Source of the DNA: a virus
Lineage: Duplodnaviria; Heunggongvirae; Uroviricota; Caudoviricetes
Length of the DNA: 27,354 bases
Strand: one strand, 5' to 3'
Virus record (IMG/VR): IMGVR_UViG_2703719365_000004
Location: 1-27,354 of that record
In this document: in pieces, positions 1-7,197 of the stretch
Layout: each line of letters starts with the position of its first letter
How positions within the stretch are numbered: the stretch's first letter is position 1
Translations under genes and position numbers: made by a program
The notes under the pieces: generated by a model
Told to the model about the DNA's origin: nothing
What the model saw: the letters and a program-made list of their open reading frames with translations, nothing else
Databases searched by the model: none

Positions 1-67
1 GACTTTCCAGAACCATACGAATCGCCCGCTGACGGACTTCGGGGGAAAAACGAGTATTTTTAGTCAT
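1..67 (-). CDS. IS3-family transposase OrfA, N-terminal fragment (gene runs off the window start)
   Basis: Minus-strand ATG (complement of about 65-67) followed by MTKNTRFSPEVRQRAIRMVLES, the characteristic N-terminus of IS629/IS1203 OrfA. Confidence 0.65.
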   Translation of the reverse strand, partial: MTKNTRFSPEVRQRAIRMVLES

Positions 68-121
68 CCTGTTTACCTCTATCTCAGGGAGTTTAGTCTC
101 CAGGATTTCCGGAGCGGTTCA
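1..121 (-). mobile_element. Partial IS3-family insertion sequence (IS629/IS1203-like), left end with terminal inverted repeat; continues beyond the window start
   Basis: Reverse complement of 61-121 reads TGAACCGCTCCGGAAATCCTGGAGACTAAACTCCCTGAGATAGAGGTAAACAGGATGACT, which matches my memory of the IS629 left terminus (TGAACCGCCCCGGGAATCCTGGAGACTAAACTCCCTGAGAAAGAGGTAAACAGGATGACT) with a few mismatches. Recall only, not searched. Confidence 0.7.
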
Positions 122-167
122 GCAATTAACGACGAGCTGTACCTCTCAATTTCGAAGCTGCAGGAGC

Positions 168-380
168 ATGCAGCACTGGTCTACAAAATTTTTTGCATTT
201 CAGAAAGTAATGACGCCCGCGAGTGTGCAGCTCCGGGCGCCGTGGCGTGTCGTGACTGTGGAGAAACTAACGCATGAACAGTTTAACAACACACTACCGT
301 CGCTCGCAACTGATTGCACTTCCTGTACCGGGTGGAAAAGCGAAGGTGGAGTATTGCTATGCAGTGAATGTACCAGGTGA
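168..380 (+). CDS. Hypothetical protein with C-terminal CxxC-x(n)-CxxC zinc-ribbon-like motif; possibly the 3' remnant of a gene cut by the IS
   Basis: ORF-track 70-aa ORF ending [21 protein letters not shown]. The same frame is open back to the IS junction at about 122 with no stop. The ATG at 168 has a poorly spaced SD (AGGAG only 1-2 nt upstream). Confidence 0.3.
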   Translation: MQHWSTKFFAFQKVMTPASVQLRAPWRVVTVEKLTHEQFNNTLPSLATDCTSCTGWKSEGGVLLCSECTR

Positions 381-452
381 CAGGGAAATTGTAACCCACA
401 GCTTTGCAGAGTGGGCTGTGGGTGATTTCAACAGGCAAAAGGAGACAGTCCT

Positions 453-632
453 TTGCGACAAGTTAACCGCTGGTTCAAAGATCACTACGGAGTGCCCGTC
501 AGAGTCATTCGTTGGGAACCGGAAACACAACGGGTTATCTACCTCCGCGAAGGCTATGAGCATGAGTGCTTCAGCCCGCTCGAACAGTTTCGTCGTAAAT
601 TCAGGGAAATAGAGGTCGGTCATGAGCACTAA
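453..632 (+). CDS. Small hypothetical protein (about 59 aa, TTG start), not in the ORF track
   Basis: Frame-0 translation [65 protein letters not shown] at about 437-442 sits 8 nt before the TTG. Codon choice looks host-like and the sequence is globular-looking, unlike the Ser-rich tail of the overlapping frame-1 ORF 274..612. Confidence 0.3.
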   Translation: MRQVNRWFKDHYGVPVRVIRWEPETQRVIYLREGYEHECFSPLEQFRRKFREIEVGHEH

Positions 633-1563
633 ATTAACCGGCTATGTATGGGATGGTTGCGCTGCGTCAGGCATGAAGTTATCCAGCGTGGCAATTATGG
701 CCCGCCTGGCTGATTTCAGTAATGACGAAGGTGTGTGCTGGCCATCAATTGAAACCATTGCCCGCCAGATTGGCGCGGGGATGAGCACCGTCAGAACGGC
801 TATCGCACGGCTGGAAGCAGAAGGCTGGTTAACGCGTAAGGCGCGTCGCCAGGGTAACCGCAATGCGTCGAATGTTTATCAGCTTAACGTTGCGAAGCTT
901 CAGGCAGCGGCATTTTCTCAACTGTCAGATTCTGACCCGTCAAAATCTGACGCATCAAAATCTGACCCGTCAAAATTTGATGCGTCGAAATCTGGCAAAA
1001 AAGCGGGTTTTCACCCGTCAGAATCTGGCGGGGATCCGTCAGTAAAATCAAAACATGATCCGTCAGATAAAAAACCTTCTCGTCCGGACGCTTCGCAACC
1101 GGACACGCAGACGGATGAACAGGATTTTTTAACTCGCCATCCTGATGCGGTTGTATTCAGCCCTAAAAAGCGCCAGTGGGGGACGCAGGATGATTTGACC
1201 TGTGCACAGTGGCTCTGGAAAAAAATCATCGCCCTGTACGAGCATGCCGCCGAATGTGACGGCGAGGTGGTTCGTCCCAAAGAACCGAACTGGACAGCCT
1301 GGGCAAACGAAATTCGCCTGATGTGTGTGCAGGATGGTCGTACTCATAAACAAATCTGCGAGATGTACAGCCGCGTCAGTCGCGATCCGTTCTGGTGCCG
1401 TAACGTGCTCAGCCCGTCGAAGCTGCGGGAAAAATGGGATGAGCTTTCCCTGCGCTTATCGCCGTCCGTCAGCACGTACACCGAAAAACGCGAGGACCCG
1501 TACTTCAAAGCCAGTTACGACAACGTGGACTACAGCCAGATCCCGGCAGGATTCAGGGGGTGA
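622..1563 (+). CDS. Phage replication initiation protein (N-terminal winged-helix/HTH origin-binding domain, repeat-encoded linker, C-terminal domain)
   Basis: 313-aa ORF. N-terminus (IARQIGAGMSTVRTAIARLEAEGWL) looks like an HTH_36-type replication-initiator domain. Sits at the expected O-gene position and contains internal iterons. Confidence 0.85.
   Translation: MSTKLTGYVWDGCAASGMKLSSVAIMARLADFSNDEGVCWPSIETIARQIGAGMSTVRTAIARLEAEGWLTRKARRQGNRNASNVYQLNVAKLQAAAFSQLSDSDPSKSDASKSDPSKFDASKSGKKAGFHPSESGGDPSVKSKHDPSDKKPSRPDASQPDTQTDEQDFLTRHPDAVVFSPKKRQWGTQDDLTCAQWLWKKIIALYEHAAECDGEVVRPKEPNWTAWANEIRLMCVQDGRTHKQICEMYSRVSRDPFWCRNVLSPSKLREKWDELSLRLSPSVSTYTEKREDPYFKASYDNVDYSQIPAGFRG
925..1075 (+). repeat. 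Iteron array (putative origin of replication) embedded in the replication gene
   Basis: Tandem approximately 15-bp units TCTGACCCGTCAAAA / TCTGACGCATCAAAA / TCTGACCCGTCAAAA / TTTGATGCGTCGAAA, then more CCGTCAG-containing copies and A-rich tracts. They encode the repetitive SDPSKSDASKSDPSKFDASKS linker. Layout parallels lambda ori inside gene O. Confidence 0.6.
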
Positions 1564-1565
1564 GC

Positions 1566-2054
1566 ATGAGTCTTTTGAATGACGTTCAGAAATTCATTGA
1601 AGCCCATCCGGGCTGTACTTCCGGAGACATTGCGGATGCTTTTGCAGGTTACTCACGGCAGCGCGTTCTGCAGTCTGCAAGCAAGTTACGTCAGAGTGGG
1701 CGTGTGGCTCACCGTTGTGAAGGGGATACACGCAGACATTTCCCGCGCCTGACTGAGAGAGCGCAGGAGCCGGAACCACAACCAGTTCGTGAAACCAGAC
1801 CTGTGCGCAATTTCTATGTCGGCACTAACGATCCCCGGGTGATTTTGTGCCTGACCCGCCAGGCTGAAGAACTGGAGTCCAGGGGCTTATACCGTCGTGC
1901 TGCAACGGTGTGGATGGCGGCATTCCGTGAAAGCCACTCCCAGCCAGAACGAAACAATTTTCTGGCGCGTCGTGAGCGGTGCTTACGGAAAAGCAGCAAG
2001 CGCGCTGTATCGGGTGAAGAGTGGTATCTGTCAGGGAATTACGTGGGGGCTTAA
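1566..2054 (+). CDS. PerC/ANR-family-like transcriptional regulator (putative)
   Basis: ORF track 1560..2054; ATG at 1566 is preceded by AGGGGG. C-terminal segment AEELESRGLYRRAATVWMAAF...RRERCLRKS resembles the PerC-family motif as I recall it. Family assignment is from memory only. Confidence 0.5.
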   Translation: MSLLNDVQKFIEAHPGCTSGDIADAFAGYSRQRVLQSASKLRQSGRVAHRCEGDTRRHFPRLTERAQEPEPQPVRETRPVRNFYVGTNDPRVILCLTRQAEELESRGLYRRAATVWMAAFRESHSQPERNNFLARRERCLRKSSKRAVSGEEWYLSGNYVGA

Positions 2055-2707
2055 TGAGTAATAAATATTGCCAGGCGCTGGTGGAGCTGCGGAACAAACC
2101 AGCCCATGAACTGAAGGAAGTGGGCGATCAGTGGCGCACGCCGGACAACATTTTCTGGGGAATTAACACCCTGTTTGGCCCGTTTGTTCTGGATCTGTTC
2201 ACTGACGGTGATAACGCCAAATGTGCCGCTTATTACACTGCGGAAGACAACGCGCTGGCGCATGACTGGTCAGAACGTCTTGCGGAGCTTAAAGGTGCTG
2301 CCTTTGGTAATCCCCCATACAGCCGCGCCAGTCAGCATGAGGGGCAATACATCACCGGCATGCGTTACATCATGAAGCATGCCAGTGCCATGCGTGATAA
2401 AGGCGGGCGCTATGTTTTCCTGATCAAAGCTGCCACCAGCGAAGTGTGGTGGCCGGAAGATGCAGATCATATTGCTTTTATTCGCGGGCGTATTGGTTTT
2501 GAACTGCCTGCCTGGTTTATCCCGAAGGATGAGAAGCAGGTGCCGACAGGCGCTTTCTTCGCTGGTGCTATTGCTGTTTTCGACAAGACCTGGAAGGGAC
2601 CGGCAATCAGCTACATCGGGCGCTATGAACTTGAGGCATGTGGTGAGGCCTTTCTGGCGCAGGTTCGCCAGCAGGCAGAAAAACTGGTCAGGGAGATGGC
2701 GGCATGA
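2054..2707 (+). CDS. Phage DNA N6-adenine methyltransferase (Dam-like)
   Basis: Catalytic NPPY motif (AAFGNPPYS) in the track translation. ATG at 2054 overlaps the upstream stop (TAATG). Nin-region position typical for phage Dam methylases. Confidence 0.9.
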   Translation: MSNKYCQALVELRNKPAHELKEVGDQWRTPDNIFWGINTLFGPFVLDLFTDGDNAKCAAYYTAEDNALAHDWSERLAELKGAAFGNPPYSRASQHEGQYITGMRYIMKHASAMRDKGGRYVFLIKAATSEVWWPEDADHIAFIRGRIGFELPAWFIPKDEKQVPTGAFFAGAIAVFDKTWKGPAISYIGRYELEACGEAFLAQVRQQAEKLVREMAA

Positions 2708-3030
2708 CGACGTTAACTCAATGCCAGCAGCAGGTGCTGGATATGCTGATTTCTTATCAGAAAGAACGTGGCTTCCCGCCAACCAATCAGGAGGTGGCAA
2801 CCATGCTGGGATACCGTTCAGTGAATGCAGCGGTGGAGCATCTTCGCGCACTGGAGAAAAAAGGCGTCATCACGATAAAGCGTGGCGTGGCCCGGGGGAT
2901 AACGCTTCATATCGCGGTGAAGGACGACGACAGCGAGGCGGTCGGGATTATCCGCGCACTGCTTGCCGGTGAGGAAAACGCAAGGCTGCGTGCAACCCAC
3001 TGGTTACATGAGAGGGACCTGAAAGTATGA
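2704..3030 (+). CDS. LexA-like DNA-binding protein (LexA N-terminal winged-helix domain only; no S24 peptidase domain)
   Basis: MTTLTQCQQQVLDMLISYQKERGFPPTNQEVATMLGYRSVNAAVEHLRALEKKGVITIKRGVARGITLH aligns with the LexA N-terminus ([58 protein letters not shown]...). The protein ends after 108 aa without the Ala-Gly cleavage site or Ser/Lys dyad region. Confidence 0.85.
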   Translation: MTTLTQCQQQVLDMLISYQKERGFPPTNQEVATMLGYRSVNAAVEHLRALEKKGVITIKRGVARGITLHIAVKDDDSEAVGIIRALLAGEENARLRATHWLHERDLKV

Positions 3031-3416
3031 AGCTGATCCTGCCTTTTCCGCCCAGCGTGAACACGTACTGGCGACACCCCAACAAAGGGGCGTTTGCTGG
3101 TAAGAGCCTGATAAGCGCGGCGGGGCGAAAATTCCAGAGCGCGGCGTGCGCAGCAATAGTTGAGCAGTTACGTCGTCTGCCGAAACCAACGTCGGCACCT
3201 GCTTCAGTGGAGATCGTGTTGTTTCCTCCGGATAACCGGATCCGCGATCTGGACAACTATAACAAGGCGCTGTTTGACGCCCTGACCCACGCGGGTGTGT
3301 GGGAAGACGACAGTCAGGTGAAAAGAATGCTGGTGGAGTGGGGACCGGTTATCCCGGAAGGGAAGGTCGAGATCACTATCAGTAAGTACGAGAAAACGGC
3401 GGGTGCAGCCGCCTGA
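3027..3416 (+). CDS. rusA: Holliday-junction resolvase RusA
   Basis: 129-aa ORF starting MKLILPFPPSVNTYWRHP with the conserved acidic residues (DLDNYNKALFDAL) typical of RusA. Nin-region context. Confidence 0.9.
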   Translation: MKLILPFPPSVNTYWRHPNKGAFAGKSLISAAGRKFQSAACAAIVEQLRRLPKPTSAPASVEIVLFPPDNRIRDLDNYNKALFDALTHAGVWEDDSQVKRMLVEWGPVIPEGKVEITISKYEKTAGAAA

Positions 3417-3435
3417 TTAAGAGGAGAAACGAAGT

Positions 3436-4245
3436 ATGAATAATCTGATGGTCATTGATGGTATTGAAGTTCGTCGTGATGCTTATGGGCGTTACAGCCT
3501 GAACGATCTGCATCGCGCAGCAGTAGCATCTGGTGCAAATGCCAGAACCAAGGAGCCGGGAAAGTTTCTTTCCAGCCAACAAACTGTTGAGCTTGTTCAT
3601 GAATTGACCAACACCCAGAATTTGGGTGTTGACCCGGTGAGTGTGATTCATGGGGGAAATGAACGGGGAACGTATGTCTGCAAGGAACTGGTGTATGCCT
3701 ATGCAATGTGGATCAGCCCGTCATTCCATCTGAAGGTGATCCGTACTTTCGATATGGTAACCAGCGCACCGGAAAAATTATCCGGACAGGCTGCTGACAA
3801 GATGCAGGCTGGCGTGATCCTGCTGGACTTTATGCGCCGGGAGTTAAACCTGTCTAACTCTTCAGTGCTTGGTGCCTGTCAGAAACTCCAGGAGGCTGTT
3901 GGCTTACCGAATCTGGCACCGCGCTATGCCATTGATGCTCCTGCTGACGCGCCTGATGGCTCAAGCCGCCCCACGCTATCATTGAGTGCACTGCTGAAGC
4001 AGTATGGTATCCGCCTGACAGCTAATCAGGCATATCACCAGATGGCGAAGCTGGGGATCGTTGAACAACGTGAACGATACAGCCGCACTGCGATTAACAA
4101 CATCAAAAAATTCTGGTCGCTGACAGCGAAAGGCTGCATGTTCGGCAAGAACATCACCAGTCCCGCAAATCCGCGCGAGACGCAGCCGCATTTCTTCGAA
4201 TCCCGATTCCCTGAGCTGTTAAAGCTGCTCGATACCGTTCATTGA
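3436..4245 (+). CDS. KilA-N domain protein (antirepressor-like)
   Basis: N-terminus MNNLMVIDGIEVRRDAYGRYSLNDLHRA...YAMWISPSFHLKVI is a typical KilA-N domain. AGGAG-type RBS (GAGGAGAAACGAAGT) upstream. Confidence 0.85.
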   Translation: MNNLMVIDGIEVRRDAYGRYSLNDLHRAAVASGANARTKEPGKFLSSQQTVELVHELTNTQNLGVDPVSVIHGGNERGTYVCKELVYAYAMWISPSFHLKVIRTFDMVTSAPEKLSGQAADKMQAGVILLDFMRRELNLSNSSVLGACQKLQEAVGLPNLAPRYAIDAPADAPDGSSRPTLSLSALLKQYGIRLTANQAYHQMAKLGIVEQRERYSRTAINNIKKFWSLTAKGCMFGKNITSPANPRETQPHFFESRFPELLKLLDTVH

Positions 4246-4246
4246 G

Positions 4247-5242
4247 GTGACCGTGAGAGCACTACTGACTCCTGAAATTGCCCCGCGTATGGGGATCGTA
4301 TTGTTCAGGCCAGGTTCAGAGCTGATGCCCCTGTTTATGCAGGGGCGTGTCCTGCTGGAGCCTGAGCCGGAACGTTATTCATCTTTCGCCAGTGGTGCCG
4401 TTCCGGCGGCATCACAACCGCTGGCGGATGATCCTGCCGTTCGGGCCGTGTTCCGCAATGAGGCAGTGATCCGTCGTGCTGGTGGCGTGGAATGTCTTGA
4501 AAGCTGGTTACTTCGTGAAAAAGGCTGCCAGTGGCCTCATTCCGACTGGCACAGCGAGAACATGACCACAATGCGACACGCTCCGGGCGCAATCCGTCTG
4601 TGCTGGCACTGCGATAACCAGCTGCGCGATCAGTTCACGGAACGGCTGGAATCAATGGCAACGGATAACTGTGCCCGCTGGGTGTTGTCTGTTGTGCGTC
4701 GGGATCTCGGTTTTGATGACAGTCACGTTGTGACAATGCCGGAACTGTGCTGGTGGCTGATTCGTAATGACCTGGCGGATGCCTTACCGGAAAGTGCAGC
4801 CCGTAAGGCACTTAGATTACCGAAGCCTGTTGTGCCGTCTGTTACCCGGGAAAGTGACCTTGTGCCTTCGGTTCCTGCCACCAGCATCATCCAGGATAAA
4901 GCGAAAAAGGTGCTGGCGCTGAAAGTGGATCCTGAGTCGCCGGAGTCTTTTATGTTACGCCCAAAACGTCGCCGCTGGGTTAATGAAAAGTACACGCGCT
5001 GGGTTAAGACACAGCCGTGTGCATGTTGTGGAAAGCCTGCTGATGATCCCCACCACCTGATAGGTCACGGTCAGGGAGGAATGGGTACAAAAGCGCATGA
5101 CCTCTTTGTGTTGCCTTTGTGCAGAAAGCATCACGACGAGCTGCATGCGGATACCGTGGCATTTGAAGAGAAGTATGGCTCCCAGCTGGAGCTGATATTT
5201 CGTTTTATCGATCGTGCGCTGGCAATAGGCGTACTGGCGTAA
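4247..5242 (+). CDS. DUF968-domain protein (YdfU-like)
   Basis: 331-aa ORF with C-terminal Cys/His cluster CACCGKPADDPHHLIGHGQGGMGTKAHDLFVLPLCRKHHDELH. Lies immediately upstream of a Q-like gene, as YdfU does in the Qin prophage of E. coli K-12. GTG start is presumed to be translationally coupled. Confidence 0.8.
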   Translation: MTVRALLTPEIAPRMGIVLFRPGSELMPLFMQGRVLLEPEPERYSSFASGAVPAASQPLADDPAVRAVFRNEAVIRRAGGVECLESWLLREKGCQWPHSDWHSENMTTMRHAPGAIRLCWHCDNQLRDQFTERLESMATDNCARWVLSVVRRDLGFDDSHVVTMPELCWWLIRNDLADALPESAARKALRLPKPVVPSVTRESDLVPSVPATSIIQDKAKKVLALKVDPESPESFMLRPKRRRWVNEKYTRWVKTQPCACCGKPADDPHHLIGHGQGGMGTKAHDLFVLPLCRKHHDELHADTVAFEEKYGSQLELIFRFIDRALAIGVLA

Positions 5243-5255
5243 GTGGAGAACGAGC

Positions 5256-6008
5256 ATGAACTTTGAAGCCTTACCGAAATATTACTCCCCAAAATCTCCA
5301 AAATTGAGCGATGACGCACCGGCGACAGGCTCTGGTGGTTTAACAATTACGGATGTAATGGCTGCGCAGGGGATGGTGCAGTCGAAAGCACCGCTTGGGT
5401 TTGCCTTATTCCTGGCAAAAGTTGGTGTTCAGGATCCTCAGTTTGCGATTGAAGGTCTGCTCAATTACGCGATGGCACTGGATAACCCGACATTGAACAA
5501 ATTGAGTGAAGAAACCCGGCTACAGATCATTCCTTACCTTGTGAATTTTGCCTTTGCTGATTATTCCAGGTCTGCGGCAAGTAAGGCTCGCTGTGAGCAT
5601 TGTGCTGGTACTGGATTTCATGATGTATTGCGCGAGGTGGTGAAACACTCCAGAAGCGGGGAATCTGTTATCAAGGAAGAGTGGGTGAAGGAACTGTGTC
5701 AGCATTGTCATGGTAAGGGAGAAGTCAGCACAGCGTGCAGAGGGTGTAAGGGTAAAGGTATTGTCCTGGATGAAAAAAGAACCAGGCTTCATGGCACGCC
5801 TGTTTATAAGGTTTGTGGGCGTTGCAATGGAAACCGGTTTAGCCGTTTACCAACCACACTGGCGCGGCTTCATGTCCAGAAGCTGGTACCAGACCTGACG
5901 GATTATCAGTGGTACAAAGGATATGCAGATGTCATTGATAAACTGGTTACAAAGTGCTGGCAGGAAGAAGCGTATGCTGAGACACAATTGAGGAAAGTGA
6001 CGAGATGA
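5256..6008 (+). CDS. Late-gene antitermination protein Q (QuuQ/YdfT-like, with DnaJ-like CxxCxGxG zinc-finger repeats)
   Basis: 250-aa ORF with CEHCAGTG, CQHCHGKG, CRGCKGKG and CGRCNGNR motifs. Located just upstream of a strong promoter-plus-terminator unit and the lysis genes. Confidence 0.8.
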   Translation: MNFEALPKYYSPKSPKLSDDAPATGSGGLTITDVMAAQGMVQSKAPLGFALFLAKVGVQDPQFAIEGLLNYAMALDNPTLNKLSEETRLQIIPYLVNFAFADYSRSAASKARCEHCAGTGFHDVLREVVKHSRSGESVIKEEWVKELCQHCHGKGEVSTACRGCKGKGIVLDEKRTRLHGTPVYKVCGRCNGNRFSRLPTTLARLHVQKLVPDLTDYQWYKGYADVIDKLVTKCWQEEAYAETQLRKVTR

Positions 6009-6037
6009 ATGATTTTCGACGAAAATGGCGACATGAT

Positions 6038-6068
6038 GCTTGCATTTTTCAAAAAAAATGGATAATAT
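6038..6068 (+). promoter_or_regulatory. Putative late promoter PR' (with presumed qut region) downstream of Q
   Basis: -35 TTGCAT, 17-bp spacer (TTTTCAAAAAAAATGGA), -10 TAATAT, about 30 bp after the Q stop codon. An intrinsic terminator follows roughly 50 nt further on. Confidence 0.5.
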
Positions 6069-6113
6069 TTTCTCAATGATAGGCATTGTGTGTCCGGCTT
6101 TAATAAAAAGTAG

Positions 6114-6141
6114 AAAACCCGCTGATGTGCGGGTTTTTTTT
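6114..6141 (+). terminator. Rho-independent terminator (tR'-like) after the PR' leader
   Basis: AAAACCCGC-TGATGT-GCGGG followed by a run of eight T. Confidence 0.65.
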
Positions 6142-6219
6142 CGGAATTTTAGATGTGTGGCATTGAAATGGTATTCGGCGAGTAGGTAGAATTTAAACTT
6201 TCGTCTCGTCTGGATCGAC

Positions 6220-6762
6220 ATGATGTTTCAAGCCTTCCAAACAGCAGTATTTAAAAATGTTGCAGAGTATTTAAAAGGGCGCTTCCCTCATAAGTCGTTA
6301 GGGCTCGTATATGCCGACGAGCTGGTACTAAAAGATATGGAGTTCCTCAAGGCTAACAATAAACTGCGGTGGGATCCCGGACTAAAGTCGCGAGTGTTTA
6401 TGGATATGATGGAAGAACACCCGATAAAACTAGTTGTTTATTATCGTGGGGAGCCTATTGGATTTGCATTTGGGTGTTACTGTAAGCCGAAAAATGCGGT
6501 GCATATTTGCTGGATGGAAAAACGTAATGATGCACATGAAGACCTAGACCATCAGATGCTTGGTATCGTTTTGGATTGCTTCTCTGCATATGCACGATTT
6601 CTGAACCTTCAGGGTGAATCTATTGATTCGATAGCTTTAGTTAGTCCAGTTGATGGGGCAATAAGATACTATACTGAAAGTGGTTTTGAGTACATTGCTG
6701 ATTACGAACGAGGTGGTTGCGCAATGGTGCTTAGGAGCGTTTTACCTAACCAATCAGTGTGA
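6220..6762 (+). CDS. Cargo (moron) protein, GNAT-fold acyltransferase-like, function unknown
   Basis: 180-aa ORF in a visibly AT-rich block. The C-terminus (AIRYYTESGFEYIADYERGGCAMVLRS) resembles the GNAT C-terminal helix/strand and QMLGIV sits where motif A (Q/R-x-x-G-x-G/A) would be. Its own sigma70-like promoter (-35 TTGAAA, 18 bp, -10 TAGAAT) lies at about 6170-6200. No good SD. Confidence 0.6.
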   Translation: MMFQAFQTAVFKNVAEYLKGRFPHKSLGLVYADELVLKDMEFLKANNKLRWDPGLKSRVFMDMMEEHPIKLVVYYRGEPIGFAFGCYCKPKNAVHICWMEKRNDAHEDLDHQMLGIVLDCFSAYARFLNLQGESIDSIALVSPVDGAIRYYTESGFEYIADYERGGCAMVLRSVLPNQSV

Positions 6763-6953
6763 GTTAGATTCTTAATTTCTCCAGAATCATTACAAAAGTA
6801 TTGAAAACCTCTTTTAGTTGATGCAATCTGGATCCACACAAAGCACACACAAAATGTACTACGCTTTACTTTATACATCTTCAGGTAACAAACTTTGTTG
6901 CCTTTATGCTTCAAAGAAGCAACTACAGCTTAGTGCTGAACAAGGGGATTTTT

Positions 6954-7139
6954 ATGAAACATCATGAGCAGATAGAGATTGAGGCAGCTAAAGTCGTCGC
7001 CGAACTCTTTGCTGGCAATGCATCTCCAATGGAAACCTTTGGTATTACATGGAGTCAAACTCAGATGTTAGAGCGTAAGAATCCTGGTGTAGTGATCAAA
7101 CTAGTACCGGATGACGGTAAAAAACTTGCGTATTGCTGA
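6954..7139 (+). CDS. Small hypothetical cargo protein (about 61 aa) co-located with the GNAT-like gene
   Basis: ORF track 6906..7139. The internal ATG at 6954 (MKHHEQIEIE...) has a strong SD (AAGGGGA, about 7 nt spacing). AT-rich codon usage matches the upstream gene. Confidence 0.5.
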   Translation: MKHHEQIEIEAAKVVAELFAGNASPMETFGITWSQTQMLERKNPGVVIKLVPDDGKKLAYC

Positions 7140-7197
7140 TAATTTTTAAAGATTTTTTCAGCTAGAGAATCGATTATTTTACTATAAATCGCGAAGG

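Noticed and set aside
274-612. ORF-track 112-aa frame-1 ORF ([10 protein letters not shown]...) with a reasonable GGAG RBS
   Set aside because: Its C-terminal half is Ser/Thr/Asn-rich and overlaps a frame-0 segment with better codon usage and its own SD, so it is not listed as a feature. It is kept as the main alternative in the finding on conflicting frames because the call is uncertain.
2270-2851. 193-aa minus-strand ORF overlapping the Dam methylase and LexA-like genes
   Set aside because: It lies entirely antisense to two well-supported + strand genes, has no RBS and no recognisable domain. Typical shadow ORF in GC-rich coding sequence.
6702-6914. 70-aa minus-strand ORF in the spacer between the two cargo genes
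   Set aside because: Low-complexity AT-rich translation, no RBS, and it overlaps the 3' end of the GNAT-like gene. Probably chance.
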